Source: a bacterium (GTDB taxonomy: Bacteria > Sysuimicrobiota > Sysuimicrobiia > Sysuimicrobiales > Humicultoraceae). From it: a stretch of DNA of 64,000 bases. This document shows, piece by piece, positions 46,933-57,155 of this stretch. The position numbers were made by a program, and so were the translations under genes. The stretch lies in contig DASYRG010000029.1 of NCBI GenBank assembly GCA_036004665.1, positions 12,753-76,752 of the forward strand, in the 5' to 3' direction. Each line of letters starts with the position of its first letter. Within the stretch, counting starts at the first letter, position 1. The notes under the pieces are model-generated. The model saw only the letters and a program-made list of their open reading frames with translations. It did no database searches and was not told the DNA's origin.

Positions 46933-48067
46933 CGCGCGGGCCGCGGACCTGACGCTGCAGAAGAAGCAAACGGCGGCGGCGCGCGCGGCCTCCTCGCGCA
47001 CGCCCCTGGCCCTGGCCTGGCGGCAGCTGCGGAAGCACCGCATCGCCCTCATCGGCGGGGGCATCCTGATCGTGCTCTACGTGACGATGCTGCTGGGAGA
47101 CTTCATCGCGCCCTACTCGCTCGACTACACTGACCGCTCCCGCTTCTATCACCCGCCGACCGTGCCGCGTTTCGTGGACAGTCAGGGGCGGTGGCACGCG
47201 CGGCCCTTCGTCTACCAGACGCAGCTGGCGGACCCGCAGCTGCGCCGCTACACGGTCGTCAACCCCGAACGACGCTATCCGATCCTGTTCTTCGTCCGGG
47301 GGGAACCGCACCGCCTCTTCTGGTTCCTGCCTACCACCTGGCACCTCTTCGGGGTGGATCCGCAGGCGCGGGTCTTCCTGATGGGCACCGACCAGTTCGG
47401 ACGGGACCTCTTCAGCCGCATCCTCTACGGCTCCCGGGTCTCTCTCTTCATCGGCATCCTCTCCGTCTCGATCACCATCCCCATCGGTATGCTCTACGGG
47501 GGGATCGCCGGATACTACGGCGGGCGGGTCGACAACCTGATGATGCGTCTGGTGGAGGTGATCATCGCCTTTCCGGCCTTCTACCTCTTCCTGACGCTCA
47601 GCGCGGTGCTGCCCACGACGGTCAACTGCAATACCCGGTTCTACCTGATCATCTTGATCCTGAGTTTCCTCGGCTGGGCCGGGTTTTCGCGGCTGGTCCG
47701 CGGCTTTGTCCTGTCGCTGAAGGAACAAGAGTACGTCCTGGCGGCGAAGGTCATCGGACTCTCTGACTTCCGGATCATCACCCGGCACATCCTGCCCAAC
47801 ACCGCCTCGCTGGTGATCGTCGTGGCGACGCTGTCCATCCCCGGGGCCATCCTGGGCGAGTCCGGCCTGAGTTTCATCGGTTTTGGGATCCGCGAACCGT
47901 GCGCCTCCTGGGGGAATCTGTTGACGGCCGGGACGAACCTGATCAACCTCTCCCAGTCACCCTGGCTGCTGTTCCCCGGCCTCTTCATCATCATCGCTGT
48001 CATCGCCTACAACTTTGTCGGGGATGGGGTCCGGGACGCCTTCGACCCCCGCCTCCGGTCGGGCTAG
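46925..48067 (+). CDS. ABC transporter permease (DppC/OppC-like) #1
   Basis: Long N-terminal extension then LMGTDQFGRDLFSRILYGSRVSL..., typical of OppC/DppC. Confidence 0.85.
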   Translation: MTSARAADLTLQKKQTAAARAASSRTPLALAWRQLRKHRIALIGGGILIVLYVTMLLGDFIAPYSLDYTDRSRFYHPPTVPRFVDSQGRWHARPFVYQTQLADPQLRRYTVVNPERRYPILFFVRGEPHRLFWFLPTTWHLFGVDPQARVFLMGTDQFGRDLFSRILYGSRVSLFIGILSVSITIPIGMLYGGIAGYYGGRVDNLMMRLVEVIIAFPAFYLFLTLSAVLPTTVNCNTRFYLIILILSFLGWAGFSRLVRGFVLSLKEQEYVLAAKVIGLSDFRIITRHILPNTASLVIVVATLSIPGAILGESGLSFIGFGIREPCASWGNLLTAGTNLINLSQSPWLLFPGLFIIIAVIAYNFVGDGVRDAFDPRLRSG

Positions 48068-48123
48068 GGGGGTCTCCAACAGTGAACTTTTGTATGCTTT
48101 GGAACGTTTTAGGAAAGCAGGAA

Positions 48124-48139
48124 TGTGACATATGTCACA
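48124..48139. promoter_or_regulatory. Perfect 16-bp palindrome TGTGACATATGTCACA in the lower-GC leader of the HTH gene; candidate operator
   Basis: Exact inverted repeat, followed by TTGTATACT (-10-like), about 60 nt upstream of the HTH gene start. Confidence 0.4.
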
Positions 48140-48195
48140 GCGTATTGTATACTCCTGTGTACTTCACTATGCGCCGATGCGCGAGGTAGCCTGAC

Positions 48196-48612
48196 ATGGC
48201 AGAGCGACACCATACTCCGGGCGACCTGATGACCCCAGCGCAGGTTGCCGAATACCTCCAGCTCCACAAGCTCACGATCTACAAGTACATCCGCGAAGGG
48301 CGGCTGCCCGCCGCCAGGATCGGGCGCTCGCTGCGCGTCCTGAAGAGCGACGTCGAGCGCTTGCTCGAGCAGGGGAAGGCGGCTCCTGCCGCTCCCTCCG
48401 CTGCGCCGGAGCGCCGGGGGGCGCAACCCCCCCAGGGGCCCCGCACGCGCTCAGACGGGAACCCGACCGGGTCGCGGCCGGCCACCGAGCGTGCTCCGGA
48501 AAAACACAAGGATGAGATCTTTGTGGGACCCTCACGGGAAGAGGGAGGAAAATCGCGGGACGTCGTCGTCAACGTCAACCCGATCGATTGGGTCGTGCGA
48601 GGGCTCCACTAG
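48196..48612 (+). CDS. Excisionase/MerR-superfamily helix-turn-helix DNA-binding protein with disordered C-terminal tail
   Basis: MTPAQVAEYLQLHKLTIYKYIREGRLPAARIGRSLRVLKSDVERLLE is the excisionase-family HTH. The rest is low complexity. Confidence 0.6.
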   Translation: MAERHHTPGDLMTPAQVAEYLQLHKLTIYKYIREGRLPAARIGRSLRVLKSDVERLLEQGKAAPAAPSAAPERRGAQPPQGPRTRSDGNPTGSRPATERAPEKHKDEIFVGPSREEGGKSRDVVVNVNPIDWVVRGLH

Positions 48613-48766
48613 GCCTGCTCTGCGAAGGGGGGTGAGGCAGAGAGTGTCACGTGCGCACGAACGGCGCCGTGAGAAGACCGGCGCCCGCAGTACCCGCAGT
48701 AGCGAGAGTTCGGCGAGGCAAGCAGTCAGACGAGAGGTAAGCGGCAAGACGAGAGGAGGCATGTAG

Positions 48767-50437
48767 ATGCGAAAGTGGAGGTGGCTTTCGCTCCCGCTGG
48801 CGCTGGTCATGGTAGTCGGACTCAGCGCATTGGTGGGAGCCGCACCGGCGGGTGGACCCGCGGCAGGGTCCAACACCGTCGTGATCTACACGCAGCAGGA
48901 ACCGTCCTGTCTGCAGCCGCTCCCCGACTCCTGCCAGATGTTCGTCGGGACGATGGTGTACGTTAATTTCCTTCGGGACGGCGTCCTCTACGACCAGAAC
49001 TGGAAGTACTTCGCCGACATCATGGAGGGTCTGCCCAACCTGAAGGACGGGTCGTGGAAAGTCCTGCCCAACGGCCAGATGGAAGTGACCTGGAAGATCA
49101 AAAAGGGCTATACCTGGCACGACGGGAAGCCGGTGACCGCGCAGGACTGGATCTGGGCCTGGCGTGTCAACCTGAACCCCGACTTCCCGACGGCGGGCCG
49201 TGACGTGGCGCAGCGTGTCCTGAACATCCTCGCGCCCAACGCCTACACCCTGGTGGTGAAGTGGAAGTCCAAGTACGCTTTCGCCAACCACAGCGTCGCC
49301 GGATCCAGCATCATGCCCAAGCACGCCACAGAGCGGCAGTTCCGGGCCAACCCCAGCAAGTTCGACCAGGGGGCCTGGGGGAACGGCGTGCCCACCGTGG
49401 GCAACGGCCCCTACGTGCTGAAGGAATGGCAGAAGGGATCCTCAATCACCCTGGAAGCCTACCCCAAGTGGATCGGCGAGAAGCCGGCCGTGCAGCGGAT
49501 CGTCTTCCGCTTCATCTCCGACACCAACACGCTCATCGCCAACGTGCTCTCCGGCGCCGCGGACGCGACCGACGAGACGGCGATCCCATTCGTCCAGGGG
49601 CTCGAACTAGAGCAGCGGGTCCAGCGGGAGGGCCGCAAGGACATCATCCTGGAGGCCAAACCCGGCCTGGTCTGGGAGCACATCGACCTGAACGTCGACA
49701 ACGAGCACCTGAAGGACAAGCGGGTCCGGCAGGCGCTGCTGTACGCCATCAACCGGGATGAGCTTGTGCAGCAGCTCTTCCAGGGCAAACAGCCGGTCTC
49801 CCATTCATGGTTGCCGGAGAAGCACTACGCCTACAACAAGAACATCAAGAAGTACGCCTTCGACCAGGCCCGCGCTCGGGCGCTGCTGGCCGAGGCCGGC
49901 TACACCGCCGGCTCCGACGGCGTCCTGCAGAAGGGCGGCCGCCGGCTCGCTTTCACCTTCATGACCACGGCCGGCAACCGCACGCGGGAGTCGGTGCAGC
50001 AGATCCTCCAGACCCAGTGGAAGGCGGTGGGCGTGCAGGTCACGATCTCCAACCAGCCCGCCCGCGTCTACTTCGGAGACACCCTGCCCTCCCGCAAGTT
50101 CGAGATGGCCATGTACGCCTGGGTCTTCGGGCCAGAGGCGGACTGCGAGGGCCTCTACACCGGCGACACGCTGCCGCCGGACGGGCAGAACTATCCGGGG
50201 TACAAGAACGACGAGGTGACCAAGATCTGCCACGCCGTGCCGGCCGAGCTCGACGAGGCGGCACGAGTCAAGATGCTGGCGAGGATGCAGGAGATCTTCA
50301 TGGAAGACGTGCCTGTGATCCCGCTCTACCTGCGTTCCGACTACGTCTCCCACAAGCCCGGTCTGCAGAAATTCCTGCCGACCAGCGCCGGTATGCCGAT
50401 CACCTGGAACTCCCCGCAGTGGAGGTGGACACGGTAG
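48767..50437 (+). CDS. ABC transporter substrate-binding protein, family 5 #2
   Basis: Signal peptide (WRWLSLPLALVMVVGLSALVGAAPA). KKGYTWHDGKPVTAQDW core similar to SBP #3. Confidence 0.8.
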   Translation: MRKWRWLSLPLALVMVVGLSALVGAAPAGGPAAGSNTVVIYTQQEPSCLQPLPDSCQMFVGTMVYVNFLRDGVLYDQNWKYFADIMEGLPNLKDGSWKVLPNGQMEVTWKIKKGYTWHDGKPVTAQDWIWAWRVNLNPDFPTAGRDVAQRVLNILAPNAYTLVVKWKSKYAFANHSVAGSSIMPKHATERQFRANPSKFDQGAWGNGVPTVGNGPYVLKEWQKGSSITLEAYPKWIGEKPAVQRIVFRFISDTNTLIANVLSGAADATDETAIPFVQGLELEQRVQREGRKDIILEAKPGLVWEHIDLNVDNEHLKDKRVRQALLYAINRDELVQQLFQGKQPVSHSWLPEKHYAYNKNIKKYAFDQARARALLAEAGYTAGSDGVLQKGGRRLAFTFMTTAGNRTRESVQQILQTQWKAVGVQVTISNQPARVYFGDTLPSRKFEMAMYAWVFGPEADCEGLYTGDTLPPDGQNYPGYKNDEVTKICHAVPAELDEAARVKMLARMQEIFMEDVPVIPLYLRSDYVSHKPGLQKFLPTSAGMPITWNSPQWRWTR

Positions 50438-50508
50438 GGTTCCGTACGTAACCGGTCGGGGGGCTCGCCGTGCGGGCCCCCCGACCTACCCGGAGGAGTG
50501 AAGGGACC

Positions 50509-51504
50509 GTGGGACGGTACCTGGCGCGGCGGCTGCTGCAGATGATTCCCCTGGTGGTGGGGCTCTCGGTCATCATCTTCATGTTGCTGGCCATTGCCCC
50601 GGGGGATCCGGTCGACCTGCTCATCTTCGGCAACCCCAAGATCAAGGCCGAGGACATCGCGCGGCTGAAGCACCACTATGGGTTAGACCAGCCCTACCAC
50701 ATCCGCTACTTCAAGTGGATGTGGGCGGCGCTGCACGGGGACCTGGGCTACTCGAGGACCTACAAAGTCCCCGTGCTGTCTTTGATGTGGACGCGGATCA
50801 CAAACAGCCTCTGGCTGCAGATCCCCGCGTTCCTCTTAGCGCTGGCAGTAGCGATTCCCGTGGGTATCTATTCCGCCCTGCGACAGTACTCCACGGCAGA
50901 CTACGCGGCGACCTTCTTCACCTTCTTCGGGGTCTCCATCCCGGCGTTCTGGTTCGGCATCATGATGATCTATACGATGGCGGTCTGGCATCCCTGGACG
51001 GCCCTGCCGTGGATGGAATGGTTCAAACTCCCCGCCGGAGGGTTCAGCTCGCCCGGCATCGGGGAGGGGCTGCCCAAGTACATCGACCGGCTGCGCTATG
51101 CGCTGCTGCCGACGATCGTCCTGTCGCTGCTCTTCATGGCCTCGTATACGCGATACACCCGGTCCAGCATGCTGGAGGTCGTCCGCCAGGACTACGTGCG
51201 GACGGCGCGCGCGAAGGGGCTGCACGAGCGGGTGGTGATCAGCCGGCACGCGCTGAAGAACGCGATGATCCCCCTGGCGACGATCGTCGCGCTCTCGATC
51301 CCCGGCTTGTTCGCGGGCGCGCCTTTGACGGAAACAGTCTTCGGCTGGCCGGGCGTCGGGCGCCTCCTGGTCGAAGCGACCCTGGGAGGCGATTTCGCCG
51401 TGGCCCAGGGGATCATCATCTTCCTGGCCGCCCTGGTGATCGTCTTCAACCTGGTGGCGGACATCAGCTACGCGTATCTGGATCCGCGGATCCGCTACGA
51501 CTAA
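50509..51504 (+). CDS. ABC transporter permease (DppB-like) #2
   Basis: GRYLARRLLQMIPLVVGLSVIIFML... GTG start after RBS GGAGGAG. Confidence 0.8.
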   Translation: MGRYLARRLLQMIPLVVGLSVIIFMLLAIAPGDPVDLLIFGNPKIKAEDIARLKHHYGLDQPYHIRYFKWMWAALHGDLGYSRTYKVPVLSLMWTRITNSLWLQIPAFLLALAVAIPVGIYSALRQYSTADYAATFFTFFGVSIPAFWFGIMMIYTMAVWHPWTALPWMEWFKLPAGGFSSPGIGEGLPKYIDRLRYALLPTIVLSLLFMASYTRYTRSSMLEVVRQDYVRTARAKGLHERVVISRHALKNAMIPLATIVALSIPGLFAGAPLTETVFGWPGVGRLLVEATLGGDFAVAQGIIIFLAALVIVFNLVADISYAYLDPRIRYD

Positions 51505-51522
51505 GGGCGAGAGGGGCTGACG

Positions 51523-52413
51523 ATGGCGGTTCTCGCTGAGCGCGCGCGGCCGGTCCAGGCGGAGCCCGCCGGTCAGGGCTATTGGGCGATCGCCTGGAAG
51601 CGGTTCAAGAAGCACCGGCTGGCCATGGTCGGCGGAGCGGCGATTCTGGTGTTCATCTCCGCCGCCCTGCTCGCCGGCGTACTGACGCCTTACGAGTTCG
51701 ACCAGATCGACCTCTACAAACGGAAGGCGGAGCCGTCCTGGTCGCACCCCCTCGGCACCGACGAGCTGGGACACGACGTGCTCACCCGCCTCCTCTACGC
51801 CGGTCGGATCTCGCTCCTCGTCGGGTTCTCCGCGGCCATCGCCGCCGTGATCCTCGGGATGGTCGTGGGCGGCATCGCCGGTTATTACGGCGGGTGGCTG
51901 GACAACCTGTTAATGCGTTTCACCGACGTCATGTTCTCTCTGCCCGACCTGCCCATCCTGATCATCATCGCGCGCTACATCGGTGGGCGCGTCGACGGCA
52001 TCATCTTCGTGCTCGTGGTCTTCGCCTGGATGGGCCCGGCCCGCCTGGTGCGGGGCGAACTGTTGAAACTGCGCACGCGGGAATTCACCGAGGCCGCGCG
52101 GGCCATCGGCGCCAACGACGTCCGCATCCTGGCCCGTCACCTCATCCCCAACTCCCTGGCTCCGGTGATCGTCGCGGCGACGCTGACGGTGGGCGGCGCG
52201 ATCCTCTCTGAGGCGGCGCTCTCCTTCCTGGGCATCGGGATCCAGCCGCCCACGCCATCGTGGGGGAACATGCTGCAAAACGCCCAGGACTTCATCTGGA
52301 CCACGCCCTGGCTGGCGATCTGGCCCGGCGCGATGATCTTCCTCACCGTGCTCTGCTTCAACTTCCTAGGAGACGGCCTGCGGGACGCGCTCGATCCGCG
52401 GTTGAAGATGTAA
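51523..52413 (+). CDS. ABC transporter permease (DppC-like) #2
   Basis: LGTDELGHDVLTRLLYAGRISL... and the ...FLGDGLRDALDPRLK C-terminus. Confidence 0.85.
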   Translation: MAVLAERARPVQAEPAGQGYWAIAWKRFKKHRLAMVGGAAILVFISAALLAGVLTPYEFDQIDLYKRKAEPSWSHPLGTDELGHDVLTRLLYAGRISLLVGFSAAIAAVILGMVVGGIAGYYGGWLDNLLMRFTDVMFSLPDLPILIIIARYIGGRVDGIIFVLVVFAWMGPARLVRGELLKLRTREFTEAARAIGANDVRILARHLIPNSLAPVIVAATLTVGGAILSEAALSFLGIGIQPPTPSWGNMLQNAQDFIWTTPWLAIWPGAMIFLTVLCFNFLGDGLRDALDPRLKM

Positions 52414-52448
52414 ACCGGGCGAGGGCCATCCCTCCGCTGGGATGACCG

Positions 52449-53414
52449 ATGCAGCGCTTCCTCGTGCGGCGGGTGCTCCAGGCCGGCGTCGTGCTGGCCG
52501 GCCTCTCCGTGGTGCTGTTCAGCCTGCTCGTTTACACTCCCGGCGATCCCGTCGAGTTGCTCGTCCAATCGGAGCCGGACGTGCGGCCCGAAGACGTCGC
52601 CGCGCTGCGCAAGTACTACGGGCTGGACGATCCTGTCTACATCCGCTACTTCAAGTGGCTGCGCACGCTGGCCGGGGGGGATCTGGGCTATTCGCGCACC
52701 TACCGGGTGCCCGTGATCCAGATCATGGGCCAGCGCCTCGGCAACACGCTGCTGCTGGTGGGCACTTCCTTCCTCATCGCCTTTGCGGTGGGCGTCGCCG
52801 TGGGGATCTACTCGGCGATGCGCCAGTACTCCGCCGCCGACTACGGCTTCACGATTGTCTCGTTCATCGGGTTGGCCATGCCGAACTTCTGGCAGGGGAT
52901 TGTGATGATCCTCCTCTTCGCCGTCTGGATTCCGCTCTTTCCGGCGGGAGGCATGATCACGCCGGGGGTCGCCCGCGGCTGGCCCCTCATCGTGGACCGG
53001 CTCTGGCATCTCGTGCTGCCGGCCTCGGTGCTTGCCACCAGCGGCATGGCCGCCTGGACGCGGTACATGCGCAGCAGCATGCTCGAGGTGATCCGCCAGG
53101 ACTACGTCCGCACCGCCCGGGCGAAGGGGCTGGCGGAGCGGCGGGTGATCAACCGGCACGCCCTGCGCAACGCGCTGCTGCCGATCATCACCCTGATCGC
53201 CCTCTCCATCCCCGCCGTGCTCAACGGCGCGGTGCTGACCGAGACGGTCTTCTCCTGGCCGGGGATGGGGCTGCTGCTCTTTCAGGCCATCCTGGGCCAC
53301 GACTTCAACGTGGCGATGGCCGTCCTGCTCTTCCTCGCAGTGGCGACGGTGCTCTTCAACCTGATGGCCGACATCGCCTACTCCTTCGTCGATCCGCGGA
53401 TCCGCTACGGATGA
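52449..53414 (+). CDS. ABC transporter permease (DppB-like) #3
   Basis: MQRFLVRRVLQAGVVLAGLSVVLFSL... and an EAA loop. Confidence 0.85.
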   Translation: MQRFLVRRVLQAGVVLAGLSVVLFSLLVYTPGDPVELLVQSEPDVRPEDVAALRKYYGLDDPVYIRYFKWLRTLAGGDLGYSRTYRVPVIQIMGQRLGNTLLLVGTSFLIAFAVGVAVGIYSAMRQYSAADYGFTIVSFIGLAMPNFWQGIVMILLFAVWIPLFPAGGMITPGVARGWPLIVDRLWHLVLPASVLATSGMAAWTRYMRSSMLEVIRQDYVRTARAKGLAERRVINRHALRNALLPIITLIALSIPAVLNGAVLTETVFSWPGMGLLLFQAILGHDFNVAMAVLLFLAVATVLFNLMADIAYSFVDPRIRYG

Positions 53415-53436
53415 GGACCGCGGGGAAGGAGCAGAG

Positions 53437-54336
53437 ATGGCCTTAGTCGACCTGGCCGACCGGCGGGCGGCCGCCGCCGCCATCTTTGCCGGCCAATCCT
53501 ACTGGCAGGTGGCCTGGCATCGTTTCCGCCGCCACCGCCTCGCCCTGGTGGGAGGGAGCGCGGCCCTCCTGCTCTCGGCCGTGGCCATCCTGGCGCCGCT
53601 GATCGCACCGTACGATCCCGAGTCGATCAGCCTGACCACTCGGTGGAAGGCTCCAACGGTGACTCATCCCTTCGGAACGGACGAACTTGGCCGCGACGTC
53701 CTGGCTCGCGCCATGTACGCAGGGCGGATCTCCCTGGCGGTGGGCTACGTCTCGGCGATCGGGGTGGCCGCCAGCGGCGCCGTGGCCGGAGTGGTCGCCG
53801 GGTACTACGGCGGACTCATCGACAGCGGGATCATGCGCCTGGTCGACATCCTGCTCTCGCTGCCGACGATTCCGCTGTATCTGATCATGTCGGCGCTCAT
53901 CCCCGGCGGGGGCGTCGACCGCATTATCTTGATCTTCATGATCTTCGGCTGGACGGGCGTCTCCCGGCTGGTCCGCGGGCAGGTGTTGTCGCTCAAGGAG
54001 CAGGATTATGTAGAGGCGGCGCGCGCGCTCGGGGCGTCGCAGGGGAGGATCATGCTCCGCCACCTGCTGCCCAACGCCATGGCCCCGATCATCGTCGCCA
54101 CGACGCTGGCGGTGGGGGGGTTCATCCTGGCCGAGTCCGGGCTCTCCTACCTGGGCCTGGGGATCCAGCCGCCCACCCCGTCATGGGGCAACATGCTGCA
54201 GCGGGCGCAGGAGTATGTGTGGAACGCCGCCTGGCTGGCGGTCTTTCCGGGGGTCCTGATCTTCGTCACCGTGCTCAGCTTCAATTTCCTGGGGGATGGG
54301 CTGCGTGATGCGCTCGATCCCCGCCTGAAAATCTAG
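53437..54336 (+). CDS. ABC transporter permease (DppC-like) #3
   Basis: FGTDELGRDVLARAMYAGRISLAVG... and the ...FLGDGLRDALDPRLKI C-terminus. Confidence 0.85.
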   Translation: MALVDLADRRAAAAAIFAGQSYWQVAWHRFRRHRLALVGGSAALLLSAVAILAPLIAPYDPESISLTTRWKAPTVTHPFGTDELGRDVLARAMYAGRISLAVGYVSAIGVAASGAVAGVVAGYYGGLIDSGIMRLVDILLSLPTIPLYLIMSALIPGGGVDRIILIFMIFGWTGVSRLVRGQVLSLKEQDYVEAARALGASQGRIMLRHLLPNAMAPIIVATTLAVGGFILAESGLSYLGLGIQPPTPSWGNMLQRAQEYVWNAAWLAVFPGVLIFVTVLSFNFLGDGLRDALDPRLKI

Positions 54337-54350
54337 AGGGAGGGAGACCG

Positions 54351-56018
54351 ATGGGTCATCTGCTTCGTGGTCTGCTGATCGTGATCTGCCTCGCCCTGGT
54401 GGCCGTGCCACTGCCGTCCGCCGCCGCCCCGGCGGGCCGGGACACCGTCGTTTTCGGTTTGGCACAGGAACCCGACCAGCTCGGGGTGTTCACGATCATG
54501 GCGGTCGCCGGTGTGGTGCACAACGCATTGTGGGGATTCGTCGCCCCGTACAACGAGAAGTGGGTGCGCGTCCCGATCATGGTGGAGAAGCTACCCACCA
54601 TCAAGGACGGCGACTGGGTCGTCCTGCCGAACAAGAAGATGCGGGTCACCTGGAAGCTGAAGCGGGGGTTCACCTGGCACGATGGGCGGCCGGTGACCGC
54701 CCTGGACTACCGCTTCACCTACGGCATGGAGCGCAACCCGCGCACGCCGCGGGTCAGCCGGTTCATCGTGAACAAGGTCGACAACATCCTGGTCCCCAAC
54801 CCCAACGACCCGTACACGATGGTGGTGCAGTGGAATGAACTGTGGCCGTTTGCCAATTTTGATCCCTTCGGTGACCAAATCGTCTATCCTCGGCACCTGC
54901 TCGAATCCGTCTATCTCAGCAACCCGGAGCGGCTGATCACTCACCAGTACTGGCGGGCGCCGGTGGCCAACGGGCCCTACCGGTTCGTGGAGTGGGTGCC
55001 GGGCAGCCACCTCACCTTGGAGGCCTACGACAAGTGGCCGCTGGGGAAGCCGGCGATCAGGCGGATCACCTTCCGCTTCATCCTCGACTCCACCGTCCTC
55101 GTAGCCAACCAGATCTCCGGCGACGTCCAGGCCACCGAGATCAACAACTTCGGCTGCGACCAGATGGAGCAGATCGAACGCCGCAATCAGCAGGTGCGAG
55201 CGAACTACAAAGAAGCGCTGACCTGGGAACGCGTCGACTTCAACCTGGACAACGAATGGCTCAAAGACAAACGCGTCCGCCAGGCGATCGCCCACGCCCT
55301 CGACCGGACGGCGCTGGCCAACATCGCCTGCTCCGGCGGCCGTCAGCCCGTCGCGCACACCTGGCTGGCGCCCGGCCACCCCGCCTCCAATTCGAACGTC
55401 AAGAAGTACACCTTCGACCTGGCCCGCGCCCGGGCGCTGCTGGCCGAGGCCGGGTTCACGCCGGGCCCGGACGGGATCCTGCGGGACGCGGCCGGCAAGC
55501 GCGTGGAGATGACGATCATGACCACGGCCGGCAACGCCGTCCGTGAGCAAATCCAGCAGGTGATGAGGGATCAGCTGAAACAGGTCGGCATCGACCTGCG
55601 CATCGACAACCGTCCCGCCTCGGTCTTCCTCGGTCCGGTGGTGTCGCAGCGGCAGTTCCCCTTCATGGCCATGTACGGCTCACTCTTTTCGCCGGATTCC
55701 GTGCCGTTCGACCGCTTCCACAGCAGCCAGATCCCCACCCAGGCGAACAGTTGGCAGGGCAACAACCGGACCGGCTGGCGCAACGCCGACAACGACCGTC
55801 TCTGGGAGCAGATCGTGGCGGAACTGGACGCGACGAAGCGGAACGCGCTCATGCGGCGGCAGCAGGAGATCCAGGCGGAGGACCTGCCGACGTTGCCGCT
55901 CTACTTCCGATTGAACCTGACCACGAACTACAAGGCGATGCGCAACGTCAAGCCGACGGGGCTGGGCAACTACTACCTCCCCTGGAACGCCTGGGAGTGG
56001 CAGTGGCGGGAGCAATGA
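54351..56018 (+). CDS. ABC transporter substrate-binding protein, family 5 #3
   Basis: Signal peptide (LLRGLLIVICLALVAVPLPSAAAPA). KRGFTWHDGRPVTALDY core. Paralogous to SBP #2. Confidence 0.8.
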   Translation: MGHLLRGLLIVICLALVAVPLPSAAAPAGRDTVVFGLAQEPDQLGVFTIMAVAGVVHNALWGFVAPYNEKWVRVPIMVEKLPTIKDGDWVVLPNKKMRVTWKLKRGFTWHDGRPVTALDYRFTYGMERNPRTPRVSRFIVNKVDNILVPNPNDPYTMVVQWNELWPFANFDPFGDQIVYPRHLLESVYLSNPERLITHQYWRAPVANGPYRFVEWVPGSHLTLEAYDKWPLGKPAIRRITFRFILDSTVLVANQISGDVQATEINNFGCDQMEQIERRNQQVRANYKEALTWERVDFNLDNEWLKDKRVRQAIAHALDRTALANIACSGGRQPVAHTWLAPGHPASNSNVKKYTFDLARARALLAEAGFTPGPDGILRDAAGKRVEMTIMTTAGNAVREQIQQVMRDQLKQVGIDLRIDNRPASVFLGPVVSQRQFPFMAMYGSLFSPDSVPFDRFHSSQIPTQANSWQGNNRTGWRNADNDRLWEQIVAELDATKRNALMRRQQEIQAEDLPTLPLYFRLNLTTNYKAMRNVKPTGLGNYYLPWNAWEWQWREQ

Positions 56019-56065
56019 CAGCCGCGCCCGGGTGCGTATACTGAAAGACAACGTGAGGTGATGGC

Positions 56066-57109
56066 GTGGCCGAGCCGCTGCTGTCCGTCAAGAACCTGAA
56101 GACCTACTTCTATACCGACGAGGGCGTGGTCAAAGCCGTCGACGGTCTTTCCTACGACCTGCACAAGGGTGAGACCCTGGGCATCGTGGGTGAATCCGGC
56201 TGCGGCAAGTCGGTCCACGCGCTCTCCGTGATGCGGTTGATCCCCTCGCCCCCGGGCAAGGTCGTGGCCGGCGAGATCCTCTTCGAGGGGAAGAACCTGG
56301 CGCACTTCTCCGACGAGCAGATGCGGCGCATCCGCGGCAACGAGATCGCCATGATCTTCCAGGAGCCGATGACCTCCCTCAATCCCGTGCTCACGATCGG
56401 CGAGCAGATCGCCGAGGCGGTGATGCTGCACCAAAAGCTGGACAAGAAACCGGCCTGGGACCGCGCGGCGGAGATGTTAGACAGGGTGCGCATCCCGCTG
56501 GCCCGCGAGCGGGTGCGGGACTACCCCCATCAGTTCAGTGGCGGTATGCGCCAGCGGGTGATGATCGCCATGGCCCTCTCCTGCAACCCCGCCATCCTCA
56601 TCGCCGACGAGCCGACCACCGCGCTCGACGTGACGATCCAGGCGCAGATCATCGAGCTGATGCGCGACCTGCAGGAAGAGTTCAACATGGCGGTCATCCT
56701 GATCACGCACAACCTGGGCGTGGTCGCCGACATGTGCGACAACGTGGTGGTGATGTACGCGGGACGGCCGATCGAGCACGCGGACGTGCACCGCATCTTC
56801 CAGGATCCCAAACACCCATACACCTGGGGGCTGCTGCACTCGGTGCCCAAGCTCTACGAGCGCAAGGAGCGGCTCATCCCCATCGAAGGACAGCCCCCCA
56901 GCCTGATCGACCTGCCGCCGGGCTGCTCCTTCGCGCCGCGCTGTCCCTTCGCCATGGAGATCTGCCTGCAGGAATTTCCGCCGGACTACGGGGTCGGCCC
57001 CGACCACACGGCGAAGTGCTACCTGCACAGCGAGTATGCGACCGAGGAGGACCGCGCGGCTGCGGCGAAGGCCGGCCTGGCCGCGTCGACGCGGTCCGGC
57101 CCGCGATGA
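56066..57109 (+). CDS. Oligopeptide/dipeptide ABC transporter ATP-binding protein (OppD/DppD-like)
   Basis: Walker A (GESGCGKSV), LSGGMRQR and a C-terminal oligopeptide-ABC extension with CxxC motifs. Confidence 0.85.
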   Translation: MAEPLLSVKNLKTYFYTDEGVVKAVDGLSYDLHKGETLGIVGESGCGKSVHALSVMRLIPSPPGKVVAGEILFEGKNLAHFSDEQMRRIRGNEIAMIFQEPMTSLNPVLTIGEQIAEAVMLHQKLDKKPAWDRAAEMLDRVRIPLARERVRDYPHQFSGGMRQRVMIAMALSCNPAILIADEPTTALDVTIQAQIIELMRDLQEEFNMAVILITHNLGVVADMCDNVVVMYAGRPIEHADVHRIFQDPKHPYTWGLLHSVPKLYERKERLIPIEGQPPSLIDLPPGCSFAPRCPFAMEICLQEFPPDYGVGPDHTAKCYLHSEYATEEDRAAAAKAGLAASTRSGPR

Positions 57110-57155
57110 TCCACGAGAGCGAGGTTCGACGCGAGGTGAGGAGGGTGAACCGGCG

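Noticed and set aside
48613-48766. Repeated CGAGAG / GCAAG(N)CGAGAGG motifs in the leader of the second SBP gene
   Set aside because: Short purine-rich iterations ending in the RBS (GAGAGGAGG). Most simply explained as RBS-proximal purine bias rather than a structured repeat or CRISPR-like element.
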